Source of the DNA: Octopus sinensis
Taxonomy: Eukaryota
Length of the DNA stretch: 16,893 nucleotides
Assembly (NCBI RefSeq): GCF_006345805.1
Contig: NW_021824864.1
Coordinates: 1-16,893 of the forward strand
Direction: 5' to 3'
Position numbers and translations under genes: made by a program. Under the pieces are notes generated by a model that saw only the letters and a program-made list of their open reading frames with translations, made no database searches and was not told the DNA's origin. Positions 1 to 9,453 of the stretch are shown here, in pieces (position 1 is the stretch's first letter; each line of letters begins with the position of its first letter).

Positions 1-321
1 ACATACATACTTGTTACTTATAATGTTCTCTTCCTGTGGTTTTCTTAAACTAGCACACAGTAAATGTATGAAGTAGAAGCTGTAAGAATTTTGGATTTAG
101 TAACCATATTTTGAACTGATACAAGGAGGAAATTTAGACAGACGATAAATTCATATTTGACAGATGCGTGCTTCAAACTTGTTTCCCAATCGAAATAGTT
201 TATATCCGCCGTGCTTCTCTCTCATTTTCGTTTCATATATATATCTCGGTATTGATAAAAATATACTGTACAAGTATGGTCTAAACTAGTATGCCAGACT
301 TAAGAAAATTAGCGATGAGGA

Positions 322-499
322 TTGTTCTTCCTCATCTCTCTTTTGTCCCCTTTGTCCCCTTCTCTCTTCCACCTCCCTCTCCCCACTCACCCCATCTCCT
401 CTCTCCCTCTTTCGTCTCTCCTATTTCTCTCTCCTCTCTCTGTGTCTCTCTCCCTCTCTAGTTATCTATCTCTTCGTTCCCACGCACTCCCTTCTTCAC
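322..499. repeat. CT-rich low-complexity tract
   Basis: Almost pure pyrimidine (CT)n-like sequence; explains the S/L/P-rich ORF 322..570. Confidence 0.8.
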
Positions 500-735
500 A
501 TACCTATTTCTTTACTACCCACAAGGGGCTAAGCACAGAGAGAACAAACAAGGACAGACAAACGGATTAAGTCGATTATATCGATCCCAGTGTGTAACTG
601 GTATTTATTTAATCGACCCCGAAAGGATGAAAGGCAAAGTCGACCTCGGCGGAATTTGAACTCAGAACGTAACGGCAGACGAAATACGGCTACGCATTTC
701 GCCCGGCGTGCTAACGTTTCTGCCAGCTCGCCGCC
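500..735 (-). mobile_element. tRNA-derived SINE, family B (monomer)
   Basis: Reverse complement begins GGCGGCGAGCTGGCAGAAACGTTAGCACG, has B-box-like GAGTTCAAATTCC and central GCCTTTCATCCTTTCGGGGTCGAT; aligns by eye with copies at 6696-7262 and 16062-16256. Flanked by a 14-bp direct repeat CTTCTTCACATACC (491-504, 745-758). Confidence 0.9.
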
Positions 736-1044
736 TTATCTCTACTTCTTCACATACCCTCACTTTCTAAGGCGGCTATATGCAATATAACACCAAATTC
801 AATTGTCCCTAATTTTGGCTGACAGTGCGGCGTAGCATCTACAATGCTAGAAATAAGAGTTATAAACACTTAGAGCGACAGAGAAGCACATGTGTACACA
901 TGGGCGCGTGCAATATATATAAAACCATAAACGAAAAGTTCAATTGCCACTAATTGTGACTGAGGGTTACGGGTAATACCTATATTGCTGGAAACAAGAG
1001 CCAAACCACCCTTAGGGCCGCAAGAAAGCACATTTTCAAATATA

Positions 1045-1242
1045 TGAGAGAGAGAGAGAGAAGAAGAAGAAGAAGAAGAAGAAGAAGAGAGACAGAGAGA
1101 TAAATAGATAATATATCACCGACAGGCTGATGGACTAACAGACAGACAGACTGATATATGTATATTATATATATATATATATATATATTATAATATATAT
1201 ATAAATAGATAGATAGATAGATAGTGAGGTATGTAGATGAAC

Positions 1243-1301
<59 letters not shown>

Positions 1302-1579
1302 CAGACAGATAGAAAGATAGATAGATATGTTGGTAGGCAGATAGATAGATAGATAGATAGATAGATAACAGGTAGATGGATAGATAGATAGACAGACAGA
1401 CAGATAAGTAGGTAGGTATATATATATATATTATATATATATATTTCGTTTTGGGATTTGGCACAAAATGAAAATTACTCTCCCCAGACGCATATATAAT
1501 ATATATAATATATAATGCGTGTGTGTGTGTGTGTGGTGTGTGTGTGTGTTGTAGATAAATAAATAGATAGATAGATAGG

Positions 1580-1659
<80 letters not shown>

Positions 1660-1690
1660 ATAAATATGTGTGTAGGTAGACAGACAGATA
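1045..1690. repeat. Compound microsatellite field (GA)n, (GAA)n, (TA)n, (GATA)n, (GACA)n, (GT)n
   Basis: Directly visible tandem arrays; explain ORFs 1165..1464 and 1431..1730. Confidence 0.95.
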
Positions 1691-2923
1691 TTAAAGCAGA
1701 AAGTATTGATATTAAATTTATAACAATCATATTGAAAAGTTCTTTCTCAAAAAGAAAGTGGGATGAGGAGGCTTAAGATCATTGCCGATAGGTTTTGAGC
1801 ATCGTAATATGCCACTCAAACAGTATCTGTAAAACAACAACGGAAATAAATATATCAAACCATGATTTGAAATGAACGAGACCAAATATTACAGATCGGT
1901 TATGAAGTCTTCAACAATTACTGAATTTTCTATGAGCTTCTACGTGACGCCATCTTTGCTGAATTGCGTACATCTTTAACGACAGCGAAGAGAAAAATTC
2001 TGTAATATTTAGAAAACGATCTGCACCTGGATGAGTTCCGTAAACTAGAATAGTTGTTGAACTCATGAGTATTTCCTAAATTATACTTTTGCATTCAAAA
2101 ATTAGCGGACGCAATTTCAAATAGAGAAAACGAAAGCAAGATGATAAACCAACCAGAATAGAAAAACGTTCGTTTTGTATCATTGCTATGGAAGACCCTA
2201 GATAAGCACGTAGACTAGAATTGCAATATCTTGTGGTATCACACGGTATTAATATATCAATATAGAATGTCATCTGCAAAAATAAATATAGAGAGTATCG
2301 TTGTTTGGAATAAACACATAAATATCAACAGAGAGAAAATTGGTTGAAAACTTCCTATTAAAACGGTCGCCATGTGCAAGGATAACAGATTAGATATAGT
2401 TGTCTGGGACAGAGAATAAAATTTATGTACAGTCAGAGAGGTCTGATGCCCTGCAGATGTGAATATTTCTTTCAAAATCAAAGAAAAGGAAAATATTTCA
2501 GAATATCTTCTTCGAAATACAGCATTTCTACTTGAATATCATTTAAAATTTATATTGGTGAACTAGGATGATTTTTGTGTGTGTTTTTCTTTTGTTGGTA
2601 AATGTTTTAGTCACAATCACAAGAGGCAGGGAATTGTAATCTATGAAAGTAAGCAGCTGCTAAGCGTTTTAAAACTTGATATGAGAAACAATAAAAATAT
2701 GCAAGTCTTCAAAAGTTCAACACGTATCAATCTTTCTTTCATGTTCCAGCATTAACACTGTGCATATTTTCATCACAAAACATCTCATTCCATGTAAGAT
2801 AAATTAAGGTCACACATACATATACATCGGATATAGTATATATATATATATATAATATATATATATATATACATATTGGTCTGACCACCTCTCTCCGGCC
2901 ATCGTTCAACCGCTAGCCGCTAA

Positions 2924-3075
2924 GGCTTTTTTTATTCTCTCTCTGTTCCTTTCTGTTGAAGAGCGTAGACTCGAAATGTAAAAGACTTTCTCACCTTCTC
3001 GAGCGTTAAAAATAATACACCTGTTTGTTGTTTACACACCTATCTTCGTCTTCTGTTTTTTTTTAAAATTCCAAC
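2924..3075 (+). mobile_element. Short dispersed repeat, probable Penelope-like pseudo-LTR/3' end with degenerate minimal hammerhead (2949-2984)
   Basis: Diverged inverted copy at 9268-9434; both end ...AATTYCAAC then (TA)n. Contains CTTT-CTGTTGA-A-GAGC-GTAG-ACTC-GAAA-TG-TA-AAAG. Confidence 0.65.
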
Positions 3076-3240
3076 TATATATATCGTTTGTCACATATTT
3101 CAACTGCTAAAAGGCAAATAGACAGCAGTTATTTCTCTTTTGGTAAAAAGGTGTGAAAACACCCAGTTCGTTTAGTTTCGCCCTGATGTTTCGAGCACCA
3201 TGGGACTATCAACAAGGGGGTCAGTCCACATAGTATGATA

Positions 3241-3456
3241 TACGCCGAGGTGCTGAAAAGTTCCTGACTAAAGGTAAAAGAAAAGAGGACCAGTTAATTT
3301 TGATTTTATTCAACATATTTCCCCTTTAGATTCACACACCTATTGCAGCAACCCTTCAGTTTTTCTAAGCCTTGTAAAAGAACTCGGGAGTTTGGCCTTC
3401 CAACCAGGCCTTTCACAATACCTTAAAGCGAAGAACATTACAGCACCCCACTCATA
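3241..3456 (-). mobile_element. Mariner-derived MITE / internally deleted mariner
   Basis: Degenerate ~30-bp TIRs (TACGCCGAGGTGCTGAAAAGTTCCTGACT vs reverse complement of right end TATGAGTGGGGTGCTGTAATGTTCTTCGCT), TA at both ends. Minus strand 3306-3410 reads AWLEGQTPEFF/QGLEKLKGCCNRCVNLKGKYVE* (one frameshift), resembling a mariner transposase C-terminus. Confidence 0.8.
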
Positions 3457-3879
3457 ATATATACATAACCAATACAATAGATGTATACGTACTTATACAT
3501 AGATAAACACATAAGTGTTATATGATGAGCTGCATAAAAATGGGCAGAAATATCCAGTAATATACAGCATAAATTTCAATTTTACTCTTATAATTTTTCA
3601 TTTCTCTCAGAAAAGTTTAACGAAAAAGACTGTATTCATTGAAAAAAAATTATCGAAAATAAATTATTTTACCAATCAGCAACTATTTCTAATGTGCAAT
3701 GCATTGCTTGCGGGGATACAACGATGGAAGTTGTTTTTTCTTTTCTTTTTTCTGTCTGGACTTCAATTATTTGTTTAAAACGTCACACAACTTACGACCC
3801 TTCTTATGAAAAGACATGCGCCGAAAGCAAAATTTCAGGCTTGTAGTTTTAAAATAGAGAAACAAAAAGGAAAAGAACA

Positions 3880-4147
3880 GCATACATACAAACAAACAAA
3901 CATACATACAAACATACATATATAATTCGATCTGCATATCTTAGCATCTTCGATACATGAAGCATAAGAGAGATAACGATTCATCGTTTATATGCACACA
4001 CACACGCACACACACACACACATACACACACACACACGCGCGCGCACAAAGACATATATACATGTATATGCGGATGATTGCATATATATGTATGTTTATG
4101 TGTATGTGAGTGTAAGTGAATACATGTATAATATATATATAATATAT

Positions 4148-4183
<36 letters not shown>

Positions 4184-4265
4184 TGTGGTATGTGCGTGAG
4201 TGCGTGTGCATGAATTTATGTGTGTGTGTGTGTGTGTGTGTGTCGTGCGTGTAGATATATATTAT
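3880..4265. repeat. Compound microsatellite (ACAA/ACAT)n, (CA)n, (TA)n, (GT)n
   Basis: Visible arrays; explain ORFs 3981..4343 and 3992..4213. Confidence 0.9.
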
Positions 4266-4528
4266 AAATACACAGACATAGACCTGCATATAGTCATAAC
4301 AATATATGTGTGTCGTATATATACAAAGGCAACTTGTATACATTAATAATTTACGTAAACTGCTTAAAATAACTTTCAGTGTTTTCTGAATTCTGTGGAA
4401 TTTTTACAGTAACTTTCATCGAGTTCAATGAATATCGATTCTGCTAAAGAAAAGAATGTTGAAAGTAAAATAGCTTTCCTTGAGTCACTCAGTTACTACT
4501 GCTATATATTAATAAAAATATACATATA

Positions 4529-4940
4529 GGCGCAGGAGTGGCTGTGTGGTAAGTAGTTTGATTATGAACCACATGGTTCCGGGTTCAGTCCCACTGCGCG
4601 GCAATCTTGGGCAAGTGTCTTCTGCTATAGCCTCGGGCCGACCAAGCCTTATGAGTGGATTTGGTAGACGGAAAACTGAAAGAAGCCCTTCGTATATATG
4701 TATATATGTAATGAAGTGTGTGTGTGTGTGTTGTGTGCTGTGTTTGTCCCCCTAGCATTGCTTGAACCGATGCTGGTGGTTTACGTCCCCGCCATTAGCG
4801 GTTCGGCAAAATAGATCGATAGAATAAGTACTGGGCTTACAAAGAATAAGTCCCGGGGTCGATTTGCTCGACTAAAGGCGGTGCTCCAGTATGGCCGCAG
4901 TCAAATGACTGAAACCAGTAAAAGAAAGGAAAGAAAGAAT
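4529..4940 (+). mobile_element. tRNA-derived SINE, family A (full length)
   Basis: A-box TGGCTGTGTGG (4539-4549), B-box GGTTCAGTCCC (4582-4592), CORE-like CTTGGGCAAGTG, internal TA/GT microsatellite, 3' end GGCGGTGCTCCAG..GGCCGCAGTCAAATGACTGAAAC plus (AAAG)n tail; three more copies in the window. Confidence 0.92.
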
Positions 4941-4994
4941 ACTCACATTTTGAGTTCTATTTTTCTATGTTTGCATCAACGTACCTATATATAT

Positions 4995-5160
4995 GGCGCC
5001 TTCGAGACTCGGAGTGGATGAAATAGGCGCAACTGATGAAGGGGAATTTCTCTTTATGTTGCTGTCTCGTTTCTCTGTTTGATTTTTTTCGTTTTTTCTA
5101 TGCTTTTGTTTTTATGTTTTCGTTTCTCATTGTGCTCAACGTTTTTTGATGTCCTGTACC
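4995..5160 (+). mobile_element. Possible Penelope-like terminal fragment with decayed hammerhead-like motifs
   Basis: ~165-bp block between TA-rich tracts; GCGCC...GAAA-TA-GGCGC followed by GCAA-CTGATGA-A-GGGGAA/TTTCTC...TTGC, then a T-rich tail. Neither motif has a complete core. Confidence 0.35.
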
Positions 5161-5213
5161 AATATGTGCATGTATATATATGCATATATATGTAGGTATG
5201 TGTATATGCATAT

Positions 5214-5654
5214 ACTCTTTTATTCTTTTACTCTTTAACTTGTTTCAGTCATTTGACTGCGGCCATGTTGGAGCGCCGCCTTTAATCGAGCAACTCGACC
5301 CCGGGACTTATTCTTTGTAAACCCAGTACTTATTCTATCGGTTTCTCTTTGCCGATCCGCTAAGTGACGGGGACGTAAACACACCGCATCGGTCGTCAAG
5401 CAATGCTAGGGGGACAAACAACAGACACACAAACAACACACGCATACTTTATATATATATAATAATATATATATTATTATGTACACATATATACGACAAG
5501 CTTCTTTCAGTTTCCGTCTCTACCAATCCACTCACAAGGCATTGGTCGGCCGGGGCTATAGCAGAAGACACTTGCCCAAGATGCCACGCAGTGGGACTGA
5601 ACCCGAACCATGTGGTTGGTTAGCAAGCTACTTACCACACAGCCACTCCTGCGC
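5214..5654 (-). mobile_element. tRNA-derived SINE, family A (full length)
   Basis: Reverse complement of the 4529-4940 copy along its whole length, head GCGCAGGAGTGGCTGTGTGG at 5654 running leftwards. Confidence 0.92.
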
Positions 5655-5714
5655 ATATATATATATATATATTATTTATATGATATATATAATATATATA
5701 TATACATATATATA

Positions 5715-5756
<42 letters not shown>
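5655..5756. repeat. (TA)n microsatellite
   Basis: Visible imperfect TA array. Confidence 0.95.
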
Positions 5757-5759
<3 letters not shown>

Positions 5760-5810
5760 AACGGTGGTGCCCAGCATGACCGCTGCTTTAGATGTGAACC
5801 ATTTAAATAT
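5757..5810 (+). mobile_element. Diverged 3'-tail fragment related to SINE family A (or its partner LINE)
   Basis: GGTGGTGCCCAGCATGACCGC resembles family A tail GGCGGTGCTCCAGCATGGCCGC. Confidence 0.5.
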
Positions 5811-6695
5811 ATTAAAATATATAAATATACACACCATATCAAAATTACATACCATATTTCTTGGTGTGTAGTTGTGCGTGCCTTCTCGTTAGTTTACACA
5901 AATCTTAGAAGGAGAATTACGAATTGGAATGAAATAGGTGCCTTTATTTTTTCCGCTTTATCATTACTTTTAGTAAAACTGTTTTATATTGGTTTTAAGT
6001 GGGGAAAAATGATTCGTGTATATAAATGGAATACGTAATGAAGTCAGTTACGAAATCATGTACAATACATCATAGTGACCATGAAATGAAGTAATTTAAA
6101 TTTTCTCCAAATGTAAAGAAATATTGTACATTTGTATCGATGAATACTCGTATATACAGACAATGCAAATATGTCGGGAAAAATTGGTAGAAAGCAGCTA
6201 GAAACGTAGAGGAAATGTGAATGAATCCTTATGGATATAAGAATATGCAAAAGTGCAGGAGATATTTTATTAGTGTTACTACACATTACATGACAGAGAA
6301 AAAAATAATGTATTTTATAGGGAACTAAAATACATAAGTGGGTACATAAACAAGAAGCAAAGAGCAATAAATGCTCCAAAAAAAAAAAAACACTGTATCA
6401 TGGAGATATATTTAATCATATTCTATAAAACCTTAGAAATCTTCACCTTGAGAACTGTGTTACCGAGCATCTTCAAAAGTGGCACAATTGTTCTTATTAC
6501 CGCGCTGCCGTATTATTCTCTCCGCTTCTAGAATACTTTGTCACGTGATATAGATTATGAAATTTCATTCCAAAAATTATATCATCCATGATAATTTGAA
6601 AGTGATTTATAAGGTCACTAATGCAGCATCTACCTCGTCAGTGTTCCATAAACGCATTTTATTCCATACTTGTATAATAATAGTCTTTTTTCTGA

Positions 6696-7262
6696 GTCGG
6701 CGAGCTGGCAGGAACGTTAGCACGCCGGGCGAAAAACTTAGCGGCATTTCGTCTGTCTTTATGTTCTGAGTTCAAATTCCGCCGAGGTCGACTTTGCCTT
6801 TCATCCTTTAGGGGTCGATTAAATAAGTACCAGTTACGCACTGGGGACGATGTAATTGATTTAATCCGTTTGTCTGCCCTTCTTTGTCCCATCTGTGTTT
6901 AGACCCTTGTGGGTAGTAAAGAAATAGGTATTTCGTCTGCCGTTACGTTGTGAGTTCAAATTCCGCCGAGGTCGACTTTGCCTTTCATCTTTTCGGGGTC
7001 GATAAATTTATTACCAGTCAAGCACTGGGGTCGATGTTATCGACTTAATACCTATGTCTGTCCTTGTTTGTCCCCTCTGTGTTTAGCCCCGTGTGGGCAA
7101 TAAAGAAATAGGTATTTCGTCTGTCTTTACATTCTGAGTTCAAATTCCGCCAAGATAGACTTCGCCTTTCATCTTTTCGGGTTCGGTAAATTAAGTACCA
7201 GTTGCGTACTGGGCCCCTCCCCCAAAATTTCTGGCCTTGTGGTTAGGATAGAAAAGAATATT
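6696..7262 (+). mobile_element. tRNA-derived SINE family B, tandem trimer
   Basis: One head (GTCGGCGAGCTGGCAGG) then units starting 6744, 6928, 7112 (period 184 bp), each with GAGTTCAAATTCCGCC and GCCTTTCATC; third unit has a different tail. Confidence 0.9.
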
Positions 7263-7455
7263 GATAGTTTCCATTTCCGTGTTCCTACCGGTGTCACTTC
7301 AAAAGTGAACACTTCTAACATTTGTTCCTTTCTTTCCACATAGACATTTTAAATAGATTACCGACTGAAATATTTACTGAGTGCAGATGATTGGTTACGC
7401 CTGACACTAGAAGTAACTGAATTGTAAGTTGTTGAAATTTACGGATTTTTTTAAT

Positions 7456-7818
7456 TACTCTTTTACTTGTTTATTCATTTACTTCTTTCAGTCATTTTGA
7501 CTGCGCCCATGGTGGAGCACCGACTTTAGTCGAACAAATCGACCCCTGTGCTTATTCTTTGTAAAGCTAGTACTTATTCTATCGATCTCTTTTGCCGCAA
7601 CGCTATGTTACGGGGATGTTAAGCGATAGTGGGTGGGCAAACACAGACACACATATACACATATATATACGATGAGCTTCTTTCAGTTTCCGTTTACCAA
7701 ATCCACTCACAAGGCTTTGGTCGGCCCGAGGCTATAGTAGATGACACTTGCCCAAGGTTCCACACCAGAACTATGTGGTTGTGAATCAAGCTTCTTACCA
7801 TACAGCTACTGCAGTGCC
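7456..7818 (-). mobile_element. tRNA-derived SINE, family A (diverged, internal deletions)
   Basis: Matches the 5214-5654 copy (TTTCAGTCATTTTGACTGCG, CTTCTTTCAGTTTCCG, ACACTTGCCCAAGG) with deletions in head and middle. Confidence 0.88.
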
Positions 7819-7879
7819 TTGTTTACTGTAACATCTTTCAGCTCATTTTTCTTTCTCTAAGTCCCAAGGTGGTAGAAAA

Positions 7880-7918
7880 AGAGACAGACAGACAGACAAA
7901 CAGAATGGCAGAGAGAGA

Positions 7919-7955
<37 letters not shown>

Positions 7956-7990
7956 TGAGAGAGACGCACATAATCAGGTAGAGAGAGACT
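7880..7990. repeat. (GACA)n/(GA)n microsatellite
   Basis: Visible array. Confidence 0.9.
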
Positions 7991-8288
7991 GAAATAAAAA
8001 TAGAGAGTATGTGTGTCGGCATTCACCCACTGGCATATGTATATAGATATGCAATTTGCCCTCTTGTCTATTGGGCTTGTAAACTCATATAAGGACTGAT
8101 AAAATATTATCTCTCTCCTGGTTTGAGATCTCTTGTTTTGCCAGTAGATGGCAGCAGACAAAACAAACGTGTAGTTTATCCTTCAAGCTCCTTTTCCCTA
8201 GCTTATAGCGCCGAAATTACATTTAATTATATGTCAACAGCTCGGTTATTTTTGTGGCGTGTGTTTGAATACTGTTTAGAATTTATCG

Positions 8289-8703
8289 TCAGTACCCCCC
8301 CCCCCCCAGTGGCTAGCCACATTCAGATGGCTAATACCCCTTACGTTGTCGAGCGGTTACTGTTTATATCTCGTTCAGAGATTTATTATTGTTTTCAGAC
8401 AGTTTTTCTACATCAGTGACAGTGGTTACTGTGAAAAACATTATATATTGTTTGTAAGGGGACTCCTTCATCGAAGACCGGTGCTTACCATGCGTTGACA
8501 AGAGGCAATTACCTCGAAACTATAGTCCGTATGTAGTACTCGGGTCTTCGAGGGAAGATGACCTCCCTTTGCAAACAACACAACGACACTGAGATAGTGT
8601 CTAAAGTCCTTCTGGTGACGTTGATCGCCTGGGGCTAAAAGCATCAGTAACCCCCCCCCCCCAGTGGCTAACCACATTCAGATGGCTAATACCCCTTACG
8701 TTG
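8289..8703 (+). mobile_element. Candidate non-LTR retrozyme: 355-bp unit with 60-bp terminal redundancy and a hammerhead ribozyme
   Basis: Near-identical 60-bp direct repeats at 8289-8348 and 8644-8703 (TCAGTA-polyC-AGTGGCTARCCACATTCAGATGGCTAATACCCCTTACGTTG), period 355; internal hammerhead and extensive self-complementarity; no credible ORF. Confidence 0.7.
8489..8533 (+). ncRNA. Type I hammerhead ribozyme (U3:A8 core variant), predicted cleavage after GUC at 8527
   Basis: Stem I CAUGCG(8489-94)/CGUAUG(8528-33); core UUGACAA(8495-8501); stem II GAGG-CAAUUA-CCUC(8502-15); GAAA(8516-19); palindromic stem III ACUAUAGU(8519-26); C17 at 8527. Confidence 0.85.
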
Positions 8704-9267
8704 AAATATCAAATACTAAAGAACTATTTCCCGTCGAATCTGAACAGATGCGTGCGTGTGTGAGTCTTCTTTAAATTCTGATCAAAAGAGATATTGCTAG
8801 CATTTGAAATCAGTATTTTTCGAGTTGATGTTTGTGTTGCCATGATCTTTGACCAAAATTGTACAACCAATGATATTATTGTCTCGTCAGCTATTTTCAA
8901 CGTTGCTGTGTGACGGTTAAACTTGTCAGCATTTTCTTTGTCATTCTAGCAGTATTTGTTTCATATATTGATGAATAGCAAACAAACGTTCCTCAAAGGT
9001 AACAACTTCATTCAATAATAAATGATATATCCTGTTTAATCATGTATGACATATCTCTGAATGACATAATCCGGAGTATGTACAATCAAGTTTAATCGGT
9101 TGTTGAACTTTCACGTTCCGTAACTTGTTATTTAGATCTTCAACAAATTTACTACAAGTTTATGTTAATAGATCCTGGTCAGACTATCATTACGTATAAC
9201 ATTCAATGTTTACATTGCCAAACTGTTGAGGTGGCAGCAGTTGCTGTGGTGGCAGGATTTATATATA

Positions 9268-9434
9268 GTTGAAATTTATAAAAAAAACAAAAGATGATGA
9301 TAGGTGTATGAACAACAAGTAGGTGTTTTAGGTAGACGCTCAGATAAATGAAAAATTCTTTTTACAATTTGAGCGTAAGCACCTCAAGAGAAAGGAATAA
9401 GAGAAAATAAACAGAGCAAGAATGAAAAAAACCT
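9268..9434 (-). mobile_element. Second, more decayed copy of the 2924-3075 repeat
   Basis: Reverse complement aligns by eye (TTCCTTTCTCTTGAGGTGCTTACGCTCAAATTGTAAAAAG...ACACCTACTTGTTGTTCATACACCTATC...AATTTCAAC-TATATA); hammerhead core disrupted. Confidence 0.7.
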
Positions 9435-9453
9435 GTATATATATATATATATA

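Noticed and set aside
590-790. Similar-looking ORFs 590..790 and 6659..6892, and 4546..4755 and 10618..10929, suggesting paralogous small proteins
   Set aside because: Similarity comes from SINE copies; frames are not conserved between copies.
1165-1730. ORFs rich in IYLS/YI/HT/CV/MYVC repeats (also 3981-4343, 5479-6038, 10157-10691, 10916-11125, 14291-14524)
   Set aside because: Translations of microsatellites, not genes.
1900-2520. Possible decayed coding sequence (ORFs 2076..2279, 2257..2481; similarly 6056..6379)
   Set aside because: No recognisable protein motif in the frames I read; cannot support a call without a homology search.
4455-4500. Minus-strand AGTAA-CTGAGTGA-CTCAAG-GAAA-GC-TA-TTTTACT as a hammerhead
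   Set aside because: Core has an insertion and there is no real stem II; not distinguishable from chance in AT-rich DNA.
6744-7262. Regularly spaced repeats as a CRISPR-like array
   Set aside because: Whole 184-bp units are homologous with no unique spacers; eukaryotic SINE multimer.
8123-8677. ORFs 8123..8419 and 8468..8677 as proteins of the 355-bp element
   Set aside because: Non-ATG or frame-dependent on poly-C length, no recognisable motifs; RNA structure explains the region better.
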